Assembly: GCA_001724265.1 (NCBI GenBank) | Contig: MEDY01000118.1 | Location: 54,768 to 74,767 of the forward strand | DNA: 20,000 nt | Reading direction: 5' to 3' | Origin: Rhizaria sp. SCN 62-66 | Lineage: Eukaryota | In this document: piece by piece, positions 1 to 9,585 of the stretch | Numbering within the stretch: the first letter of the stretch is position 1 | How the letters are laid out: each line of letters begins with the position of its first letter | Made by a program: the position numbers and the translations under genes | Notes under the pieces: generated by a model | What the model was told of the DNA's origin: nothing | The model's database searches: none | What the model saw: the letters and a program-made list of their open reading frames with translations, nothing else

Positions 1-1395
1 GGCGTGGAGCGACGCGAAGGGCTCCTTGATGGGGTGCGCCACGAGCAGGCCGGCGTCGTCGCAAAGCCCGTGGTAGTTACGGACCAGGTCGAGCGAGAGC
101 GAGACGGACGCGGCGACCTCGGCGTCGGTCGGCACGGGGCTGTGCGCGAGGTACGCCAGTAGGTCGAGTGCGTGGTCCAGCCGCGCCTGGCAGTCGCTGC
201 TGCTCACCGTCGCCAGGTCGAAGAGGTCGTGCAGCAGCGTGCGGCCGGCGCGTTCGCCCATGGCGCACGGGTCCGTCACGAGAGCCGCGGCGGACAGCAC
301 GGTCGCCGCAGAGCCGCCAGCGCCAGCGCTGTTACTGCTGTTGTTGCTGCTAAGAGATGCGATGAGCGCAGCGAGGGCCGCCAGGTCGCCGCGACGCGCG
401 GCCGACAGGAGCGAAAGGTAGATGACGACGCCCGCAGCCTCAGCGGCGGTGCGCGGCGCGCGGAAGGCAGCTGTAGCCACAGGTACGGGATCCCGCAGCG
501 CGAGCTCGCGCGCGGCGTCCTTGTCGTGTGAGCGGTAGGCCGCGATGAGGTTGCGCAGCGTCCAGCGGAAGAGCAGGCCCGCGAGCATGGCGAAAACGAT
601 AAAGCGCCACCAGTTGTCGCCGATTGAGAGCGTGGAGAACGAGTAACGCGGGCGGATAAGCGCACGTTGGAGGATGTTGCGGCGCATGTGGAGCGAGATG
701 AAACGGCGCACACGCTTGAGGGCGGCACGGAAGCGGACGTAGTTGTGGTACACTTTGGAGGGCTTCTTGACGCGGAGAATAGTCTTGTAGCCCGCCTGGC
801 GCTCGGTAGAGTAGTCAAACGTAGAGCCCTTGGCCTTGCTCTCCTCTTCGTCCTCTTCCTCTTCCTCTTCGTCGGCCTCGTCCTCCTTTGCGTCCTGCTT
901 ATTGGCGTCCTTGTTGTCCTTGTCCTTGTGGGCAGCATCATCGCCCTGCTTCTGCTGCTGCTGGAGACGGCGCGAGGACGAGTGAAAGCTAGCAGCCGCC
1001 ACCGAGACTGCGGCGGCAACTGCGGCGCGCGCAGCAGGATTGTGCTAGAGATTGCAAGGCAGAGACGCAATGTATCATAGAGAAAAAATAAAGTGAGTCG
1101 GGGTAAGGTGAGCAAGAGTGACAAGAGGATACAGCAGGCCAATATTATCGCAAATAGCGACGAGTACAAAGTATGACAAAGAACACAAGTATTAACGTCG
1201 AAATATTCCTCTTATATAACGTACAGAGAAAGGCATAGTGCCAGGGGGATGGGGGCCCATGACAACAGGCCTGACGGCGCAGGGCTTCGCACTAGGTACG
1301 CGGCAAACCTCTGCCGCACCCGCACGAAGCGCGGACACAGATGCATATTTAGACGCAGACAGAACCGCGCGCTGGAAAGCACGGGCATTATGCAT
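1..1395 (-). CDS. Uncharacterised, probably mitochondrion-targeted single-pass membrane protein with a possible ankyrin-like repeat; 2 exons visible, runs off the left window edge
   Basis: Exon 1 is 1395..1225 (MHNARAFQRAVLSASKYASVSALRAG...MPFS). A phase-0 intron spans 1224..1045. Exon 2 is 1044..1 and open with no stop (HNPAARAAVAAAVSVAAASFHSSSRRLQ...EEEEEEDEEE...WWRFIVFAMLAGLLFRWTL...LLSAARRGDLAALAALI...GRTLLHDLF...). At least 405 aa. The N-terminus is R/S/A-rich and acid-poor, ending in FHSSSRRL, which is presequence-like. There is one hydrophobic helix. Confidence 0.8.
1045..1224 (-). other. Spliceosomal intron (180 nt)
   Basis: GTACGT...pyrimidine-rich tract...CTCTAG; AT-rich; removal joins TTC TCT|CAC AAT in frame. 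Confidence 0.85.
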
Positions 1396-1851
1396 GATGT
1401 CTAAACAACCAATGTATATCGCGAGACACAAGCTCAAAGTCACTTGCTCATCACCATCAGTCCGCTCGGCCGACAGCGACCGCCGCCAGTCCAGCGAGCA
1501 TGACTGTGAGCTTGGGTCGTCATTGCTGCAAAAAGTGTGTCTATCTCGCTCGTATCATCGTCGAATTGGATAAACTTTTGATATGATGGTTTTCAGTTTA
1601 GCTCTTTTATTCTTGGCTTTTTATTAGTGTTAATTTGCTTATTAACTTTCTTGAATCGCCTTTGTGTTGACACTGCCCGTTACCACCTTCCTTCATCCAC
1701 ACCTCACGCCAACCACGACATCGCTCTATATTGCAGCATCAGCGCCTCGCCTAGACGACAAACGCACACCGCGATATTTTTGTATCCAGCCTCTAGCTCT
1801 GGTTGTCTCACATACGAGTCCTCTCCCTCATCGCTGTACTTTCGACAAGCC
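1396..1851. promoter_or_regulatory. Divergent intergenic region, probable bidirectional promoter plus 5' UTRs
   Basis: 456 nt between head-to-head ATGs (1395 minus, 1852 plus), with a T-rich core around 1570-1660. Inferred from gene geometry only; no specific element recognised. Confidence 0.45.
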
Positions 1852-2944
1852 ATGTCGGACTACGCCGAAAAACAAAAGTACGCCCCACATTCGTCGAAAC
1901 TTATCGTTCAAATCTAATAATGAATGAAATTTATTGCAATGTCTTGCATATTCAAATTATAAATATGCGATATCTCACATACAAGTTGATATCTCTTTGT
2001 TCTGTCTTGAAATCACTTGCTTCGTGCAGATGGTTCGAAGCCACCTTCAACCGGCCGCTGTCGTCCCCGCTTGACCTGTACCGCATGGCGCGCCTGCAGT
2101 ACGCTGCCGGCGCCTGGGAACTCACCGTGCAGTGCCTTGAACACTACTTTGGTACGCCATACTCTCTTTAGTCGGTTACAACCTCGCCCATGTCAATTGT
2201 ATCCGACGAACTACTCACAAACATCGTTCGCTGCTTCTCTGTCACTCTCTTGCAGCTTTAACGCCGCCCCCCTTCGACGTGGCTCCATTACACCTGCTGG
2301 CCCACGCGCAGCGCCGCCTTGCGCGCTTTACCCCGGCGCTTGAGTGCTTTACCGCCCTCGCTACCGGCTCCAACAACAACACGAACATCGCCAGCATGGA
2401 CCACAACAGCGCACTTGTAAGCGAGCTGAGCTGCGAGGCGGGCGGGTTCGACCTCGCGTGGCAGATGGCCGTGGAGACGGCGCTTGAGGCGGCTTGTGTG
2501 GCAGCCGCAGAGAAGACGGGCGGCCTGACTTCTGCTCAGAGCGGCTTGACTTCGGCGTCGGCGGAGGCGACGGAAAGGAATGCGGTGGTTGCATACATGG
2601 CAAAGCAGCCAAAATACGGCACGGGCGCTGACAGCGGCAGCGACGACGATGATGATGACGACGATGACGAGGCAGATGTATGTACGCCGCGCGTCGGTGT
2701 AAGGGGCTGCCCGGTCCCGGGTACTTACCCCGGCTGGGTCTGGACCGGCATCAACATGAATGCAAACGTGTGGCCACTCGTCGCGGACAAGCGGGCGCGA
2801 ACAGTAGCCGGCAGTAGTAGCAACGCCGACACTAACGCAGCCATTGTTAACAGTGTCAGGGCAGCTGGAGCGCAGCAGAAGCCGCGGGCGTTGCTGCCTC
2901 ATCAGGCGTCGCACTTACATAAGCCGCCTCCTGCGCAAAGTTAA
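1852..2944 (+). CDS. TPR-like helical repeat protein, 278 aa, 3 exons
   Basis: Exons 1852..1877, 2030..2151 and 2256..2944 total 837 nt (279 codons including TAA). Translation: MSDYAEKQKWFEATFNRPLSSPLDLYRMARLQYAAGAWELTVQCLEHYFALTPPPFDVAPLHLLAHAQRRLARFTPALECF...GFDLAWQMAVETALE..., then a poly-Asp tract. Two tandem ~34-36 aa units show TPR spacing. Confidence 0.8.
1878..2029 (+). other. Spliceosomal intron (152 nt)
   Basis: GTACGC...TTGCTTCGTGCAG; phase 2, AA|A TGG TTC restores Lys-Trp-Phe. Confidence 0.85.
2152..2255 (+). other. Spliceosomal intron (104 nt)
   Basis: GTACGC...CTCTCTTGCAG; phase 1, G|CT TTA joins into the frame of ORF 2279..2944. Confidence 0.9.
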
Positions 2945-3225
2945 AGCATATTGTCTTGCTGAAAATCTCTGTCTAGAACTCATGAGTTCTACTTTATATC
3001 TAGCTTTTGTAACACGATGAAATCGTGACACACAATCCGCAGTTGCATTGTTTGTCATGTCGATAAAGTCATCGCGTCCACCGATTACATTAGAACCACA
3101 AAGCATTGAGCATATGTCCTTAGTTGCAGGCAAAAATCAACACAATAAGTTCTGTATTACATCTACATAGGATACTCAAATAAACAACCAAAAATCGATT
3201 CGAATCACCGTCACAACTCACATGC

Positions 3226-6200
3226 TTATTTGCTCCCACTGGCCGTAGCGCCCAGCGCAGCCGCCGCGACGTTTGCGGCGGCCGTAGCCTGAGCCAGCCC
3301 GGCCGTGAGCAGCGTCGCCGCGAGCCGCAGGTGCGGGTGCCGCTGGCTGAGCGCGCGCCGCACCTCGGCGGTCTCCGCGTCGGCGGGCATGCGCAGCCCC
3401 GCGACCGCGGCGGCCTCGAGGGTCGCCAACACGCGCCGCAGCCGCTCCCACCAGGCCCGGCGCGCCGCGGCCGCCGCGGCCAGCGCGGACGGCGTCAGCG
3501 CGAGCGCGGCTGGGCCCGGCTGGCCCTGGCTCTGCGCGCCGCTGCCGCCGCCGCCGCCGCTGTTCGCGCTGCTGCTCGCGGCGGACACGGAGAGAGCGAG
3601 CGCGCCGGGAGGCATGGTGGCCACGGCAGCGGCGGCCGCGAGCGCCGCTGCGACCGCGCCAGAAACGGCAGTGGAGGAGCCGCTGCCGGAGCTGGAGCTG
3701 TTGAGGGGGATCGCCGATGTGGCAGTGGCCGTGGCGGTGGCAACGACGTCAACGCCGGCGTCGCCGGAGGTCAGGTAGTCGCCGAGGGCGCGGCCGAGGA
3801 TGCGCAGCGGCGACGAGGAGGAGGACGGCGACGACGACGACGATGACTGCGACTGAGACAGAGCAAGGCTCGTGCTATTGCTAGAGCTGCTGATGTTCGT
3901 GGGGGGCTGGCGGGAGGGCGAGCAAATGAGGAAGTGCAGCAAGTCTAAGGGGTCCAGCGCGAGGGCGCTTAGACTGCTGCTGCTCGTGTGGGCGCTCACG
4001 GCAGTCGTGCTCGCACCAGAGCTGACGACAGCGCCGGTCGCCGTCATGCCGACGCTCACACTCGCAGCGCTGCTGTTGTCGCCAGCGCTCGCGCTCAGCA
4101 GGACTGCTGTGTCAGCCTTGAGCGCGTTCACTGCCACCTTGACGATGTGCTCGACGACGGAGCCGGGGCCGCAAATGAGGCCCACATTCACGGGACTGCT
4201 GCCACTGAGAGCGTTGTTGTGCTCGGCAACAGCGCTGTTGGCGCTGCTCGCGCTCGTGCTCGTGTCGGCAGCAGCGAGCAGCTCGCGAACGCCCTTGAGC
4301 GTCTTGTACCCCAGCACGAACGCGTTGTTCGCAGCCGCGCTCGCACTCGCACTGCTCGCATTGCCGCGATTTGTGCTGGTGCTGCTGCTGCTGCTCGACG
4401 AAAGCGCCATCGCGCGGATCTGCGCGCGCGACATGAGCACGTCGAGCACGGTGGCCTCAACAGCGCCCAGCAGCAGCAGCAGCCGCGCGCGTCCGCCCGC
4501 CGCAGTGGGCGACAACAGACACACTGCGCGCGCCGTCGCGGCCGCCGTGGCGCGGGCGAGTCCCAGCAGTCGCGTGGCCAGGTGCGTCTGCAGCACCACT
4601 GGCAGGCGCGCGGGCCGGTACAACGGCAGCAGCGCGTGGACGAGGTGCATGCATTGCGAGCGCAGCAGCCATAGGAAGCGAGGCACCACCGCGTCCTCCG
4701 CGGAGTCGCCGCCGCTGCCTCCGTCGACCGCACCACCGGCTGGCAACGGCCCCGTAAGGCTGCTGGCACTGTGGACGTTACTACCGCTGCTGTCGCCGTA
4801 GACGTAGTGGTACGAGTCGAGGTGGATGAGCGCGACGGTGTTCTTGAGCGTGGCCGCAGCGCCCTTGACGAGGCAGCCCAGCCCCGCGGCCATTATGCCG
4901 CCGGCGCCGGCCCGCGCGGCCTCGAGCGTGGCCGCCGCGCGCGGCGACAGCGTGGGGTGCCGCGCAGCCAGCGCCGCGGGCGACAGCGCGCCGTCGACCT
5001 GCGCCGCGAGACAGAAGACGAGCGCGTTGCGGCGCTGGGCGTCGGAAGCGCCCCACACCAGCACCGACTCCTGTTCGGGCTCGGGGTCGTGGTCGTAGTT
5101 GTCGTCAGCGTCGCGCTTCTTACTGTTGATGTTGCTATTGTTATAGAGCTGCTGCTGCTGGGGCGACAGAGGGGCGAACGGCAGCGGCGCGGCGCCGATG
5201 GGCACCCAAGAGTAGCGCCCGCCCCCGCCGACGTTGCCGGTGACCGCGGCGACCGCGGCCTGCTGCAGCCCCGCGGCCTGCGCCGCCGCGGCCGCCGCCG
5301 TCGCCGCCATCGCCGCGGTGCTGGCCGTCGCGGTCACGTTGGCCGCCGCGGTCGTAGAGCCGGGATTCGCGCGCGCCACACCCGCCGCCGCCGCCGCCGC
5401 GGCCGCCGCGGTGTTGGCCGCAGGGGCCGTGGTCAGCAGGGCCTGCATGCGGCGCAGCCAGCGGTTACCGCGGTCCGCGGGCGCCGCGCCCACCCAGGGC
5501 GGCAGCACAAGCTGCAGCGCGGCCGTCGCGGCCGCGGGCGGCGTCCCGGGGGCCGGCGCCGTGGCGGCGACAACGGCGGCCGCGGGGCCCAGCACGTACG
5601 GATCGTTGCGGAGACACAGCAGCCCCTCGCAGCGCACGGAGAATAGGAACAGAGCCTTAGCAATCGACTGGCACACCAGCAGGTGCAGCGCGGGGCCGCC
5701 AAGCAGAGGCACGTCGAAGTACGATGCGGACGCAGCAGCAGCAGCGGCGGCGACGGCAGCGGCGGCGGCAGCGGCGGAGGCAGAGGCGCTGTTGGTGGTG
5801 TCGCGACCGGCCGGATCCGTAAGTGCGGTTGACGTCGGCATAGAACTCGCGTTTGCAGTACCATTGGCAGCCGGGTTGGCAGTGTTTGTACTGCTGTTGC
5901 TGGGCGGCGCGGTGGTGATGGCGCGGATGAGCGGGGTGAGCAGCAGCCCGTCGACGTCGCTCTCCTCGGCCGGCGTCAGCGGCCCGCCGTCGACGCTGCA
6001 CAGCGAGGCCACCATGGTGCCCGTGAGCTCGGTGAGGACCGAGGCGACAGAGGCCTCGCTGGGCACGGCCTCGCCCAACGAGTCCCAGTGCACAGTGCGG
6101 ATGGAGCGGCCGCTCGCGCCACTGCAAGGAGACAACGGACCAAGCAAAAGAGAGAAGACAATGAGATGTGAGATAATACAATAATGTAATAACCATGAAC

Positions 6201-9021
6201 AAAAATAAAATATTACCGCAAAGCGAGAGTATTAAGAATAAGTAAGTTCGTACCGTTCGTTGGAAGTGGCTGGTCCTGCCCTGGCAGCTGCATCGGCCGC
6301 CGTGGTCGCCTCGTCATTGGCGGCGTCAAACACGCCCATAACGAGCTTGTTCGCAGTCGCCAGTGTGTTGGCCGCGTAGACAGTCCGCGCCTCGCCGACC
6401 GCGCCCGACAGCAAGATCGACAGCAGCTCCTCGCGCAGGGCCTGGACCGAAAAACCCGCGGAAAACGCATTTTTCTTGCCCCGACCAGCGTCTGTGCCGG
6501 TGGACGCAAGCGCGAAGGCGTGCGGGGGCACTGGCAGCGCGAGCGCGGAGGCCACAAAGGCGTCGCAGGCGGCGATGAAGCGGGGAAAGTCGCCCAGCCA
6601 GGCCGTGCGCAGGAACTTGAGATTCTTGGGGACCACGGGCGCAGGCTTGCCGTGCGGGTTGTAGCCGCTGATGCCGCTGTTGTCGGCCGCGGGGGCGGGG
6701 GCGGAGACGGGGGCGCCGGAGAGGACGAGGGCCACTGTGTCGTTGAGCGAGTGCGCCCAGCGCAGCAGCAAGTCAGCGACGAACCAGCCGGAGCCGGAGC
6801 CGGGCGCGTCGCCCGCGCCGGCATTGGTGTTACTGCAGCCAGCGGCGCCGGTGGTGTAGATTGCGAGCAGCGGTGTCGTCGTCGCAGCGGCAGCGCTGTC
6901 GCCGCCGTCGCCGCCCACGCCGCCCGCGGCGCCCGCGGTGGCGCTGGCCGCGTCCGCGCGCAGGGGCGCCACAGCGGCGGAGCCCACGGTCGCCTGCAGC
7001 GCCGCGACCTGCAGCAGCCCTCGCCGCCACTCGCGCAGCCCGCGGCCGAAGGTCGCCCACACGGCGGAGCGCAGCGTTCCGCTGCCGGCAGGCGCGGCGG
7101 CAGCGGCGGCAGCGGCCGCGGCCGTGGCTGCGGAGGCGGCGGCCGCAGCGGCGGCGGCGGGCGCGGCGGCGGCGTTCGCTGCCGCTAGCGCAGTCGCGGC
7201 AGCCGCGGTGGCCGCCTCGGCCGCGGCAGCGGCCTCGCGCGCGACCGCCTCGGTCACGGCCACGCCCTCGGGCTCGGTGCCATCGCCCGCGGCCGCCGCA
7301 GCAGCCGCCGCCTCCATCGCGGCCGCCGCGCGCTCGGCCCGCGTCCGCGCCGCGGCGGCGTTAAGCTCCATGGCCTCGGCGCGCGACGCGGCGGCCGCGG
7401 CGGCCTCGGCGACGGCCTCGCTGCGCAGCGCCGCGGCCTCAGCGGCCTCCGCAGCCTCGGCGGCCGCGTCGCTGGCCTCGGCGGCCGCGGCCTGCAGCAG
7501 CGACTGCTCGGCCACAATCGCCGTGGGGTCAGCGATGCGCGCCAGCGCGGCGAGCAAACCGCTGTGCGCGCGCGCGCGGGCGTCGGTGACGGCGCAGTAG
7601 AGCTCGGCCGCCCCGCTGAACGTGCTCGGCGGCTGCGGCGGCTGCAACGCCTGCTTGCCGCTCGCCGTGACGACCACGACGGCAGACTTCTCCTCGGCCT
7701 CGGCAGAGCTGCTCCGGTTGCCATGGCGTTGCTGCAGCTGCTGCTGCTTTGCAGCATGCGCCTCGGCAGCCGCGCCGTCGAGCGCGCCCAGCGCAGTGAG
7801 CGCAGCGGTCAACATTTCGTTGTCGAAGAGCTCCAGCGCGCGCACAGCGAGTGTCCGCGCGTGGCGGGCGACGACAGCGCGCGACTTAGTGATGAAGGCT
7901 TCGTCGGGGGCCACGACGGCGACGCGGCGCAGCGCAGGCGTGCGCGCCAGCGTGCACAGCCCCTGTCGCAGCGCCAGGGCGGCGGCCAGCAGGTCCGCGG
8001 CCGTCACGGTCGCGGGGCCGGCCGCCGCGGCGACCGCGCCGCTGGCGGGGCCGCTGCCGCTGCCGTTGCTCGCGGCGGCCGCGGCTGCAGCGGCGGCCGC
8101 GGCGGCGGCGTTGCGGCTGCGGGAGAGCGCGGCGCGCACCTGTGCGGCCGAGGCGGAGACGGCGGTGCAGCCCTGTAGCAGGCGCTGCGTGGCGACAAGG
8201 TTGCGGTAGCGGCGGGCGAGCGCGGCCAGCGCGGCGTGCGGCGCGCGCACAGTTGCGGCCAGCGCCGTCACGCGCGCCGCCGCGGCCGAGAGCGCGGCGC
8301 GGGCCGCCGTAAAGCGCGCGTGGATGTCCGACAGCTCGGCGGCGTGCGACAACAGCGGTGCGTGGTGGCGGGAGGACTGGGCGCGGATGACGGCGTCGAG
8401 CTGGGAGAGCAGGGAGCGGAGCTCACTCAGCTGCACGGGCAGCGGCGGCAGGGCGCTCGCGCTCGCGGCGTCGCCAGTTGACGAGGGGATGCAGATAAGG
8501 CGGGCTTGTTCGGCGCTCAGGGTAGCGAGGCGGCGCAAAAAGTCTACAGTTTGGGAAGTGAGCAAGTGAGCAAGTGAGATTCAGAGAGACTACAACTGTT
8601 GTGTTTGGTGCTATGATATGTCCTCGAACGTACCAGGGTTGGAGCAAGAGGCGATGGCCTCAAGAACATCTGCAGAAACTGCTGTCGTATGCGCAGCAGC
8701 ACCAGAAGTCGCTGTGTTAAAGCCGGGCTCACTGTCAGACAAGGCAGAGCGAGCGTGGCTCTTACTGCTGCTGCTGCTGCTGCTGCTCCTGCTCCTGCTG
8801 GCGCTGTGGCTTATGTTTGCGTGGCCGCTATTGCTGTGAGTGACGGCGGAGTTGGCGTAGTCGTCGCCGTCGTCGTGGTCGTTGTCGTACTCCGCCTCCT
8901 CTGCTGCAGAGACGCTGCGAGCGCTGGTGGCCGCAGGTGTCCTTGAGCTAGAGCTCGGGGCAACACCGGTGCGGCTTGGGAGCGGCCCAGCTACTGTCTG
9001 GGGACCGACCGAGAGAGACAT
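3226..9021 (-). CDS. COG5: Conserved oligomeric Golgi complex subunit 5, about 1857 aa, 3 exons, with many low-complexity insertions
   Basis: Exons 9021..8634, 8543..6254 and 6121..3226 total 5574 nt (1858 codons). Collinear COG5-like blocks: QLSELRSLLSQLDAVIRAQSSRHHAPLLSHA, VRAPHAALAALARRYRNLVATQRLL, LRRVAVVAPDEAFITKSRAVV, FLRTAWLGDFPRF, SIAKALFLFSVRCEGLL, SDAQRRNALV, VALIHLDSY, VCLLSPTAAGGRARL, YKTLKGVRELL, LLHFL. Recognised from memory of the family. Confidence 0.88.
6122..6253 (-). other. Spliceosomal intron (132 nt), COG5 intron 2
   Basis: GTACGA...GTCTCCTTGCAG; phase 2, CG|T GGC joins ORF 6232..8565 to ORF 3226..6147; very AT-rich. Confidence 0.92.
8544..8633 (-). other. Spliceosomal intron (90 nt), COG5 intron 1
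   Basis: GTACGT...three CTCAC branch-like copies in a CTCACTTG tandem repeat...ACTGTAG; phase 1, G|AC TTT gives NPDFLRR. Confidence 0.88.
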
Positions 9022-9585
9022 TCTGGTGTCGCCTTCGGAAGAAGCTCAATCAGAAGCAGAAATCACTGGTTTACAATGCTGCCACGATGGCGGAAACTGG
9101 GTAGCAAAATAAGCGCTGTCTCTGCAAAGAGTGACAATGCTGCGTTGATCTGCGGTGGAAGGGAAAGTGGAGGGCAAATCTTCACGCGGGAAACAAGAAA
9201 TAATCATGGTAATGAAGTGCCAATTAAAAATTGTAATTGCATATAAGGTCTTAAACGCTGTTGTAAGCCTAAAAGTCATATTAACGTTCAATACATCGCA
9301 ATATACTCTCTTTCATTTAGCCTACTCAGCAACTTGCCCTATGACACCAGCCACGTTTTGTGTCACCTGTCGCAACTTACACAAACATGACTGCAAATCA
9401 CTGAAATTGGCACATTTCAATGCAGTTCTTCAATATACTGATTTTTTTGTATGTTTATATAGGAAAAGATTGTTTATTTATGTAAAGTCACGGATATCCC
9501 TACGCAGCAGTCGAAGGCGCTCTTATATCCCTGGCCCTCCTCACTCACATTCTCTACACGCCACAGAGTCTTGATGCAAACTAAA

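Noticed and set aside
276-1169. 297 aa minus-strand ORF and 137 aa plus-strand hydrophobic ORF (667..1080) from the track
   Set aside because: They are an off-frame and an antisense shadow of the real exon 1044..1. The apparent TM stretch is the reverse complement of the Glu/Asp/Lys tract.
1440-1620. Possible snRNA, snoRNA or tRNA in the divergent spacer
   Set aside because: Only short imperfect inverted repeats are present; there is no cloverleaf, paired C/D boxes or recognisable snRNA motif.
5594-5599. GTACGT donor-like motif inside COG5 exon 3 (similarly GTACGC at 13622..13617 in the RING gene)
   Set aside because: No AT-rich intron body or pyrimidine-rich acceptor follows, the frame is uninterrupted, and the COG5 site encodes DPYVLGP, which fits the family alignment.
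3305-8569. Many long plus-strand ORFs over COG5 (e.g. 3872..4801, 5234..6184, 6938..7600)
   Set aside because: Antisense frames are stop-poor because of high GC and Ala/Ser codon repeats, and they show no recognisable domains.
9022-9585. ORFs 9046..9291 and 9155..9574 in the COG5-RRP45 spacer
   Set aside because: AT-rich UTR or promoter sequence lacking the GC-rich codon usage of the real exons.
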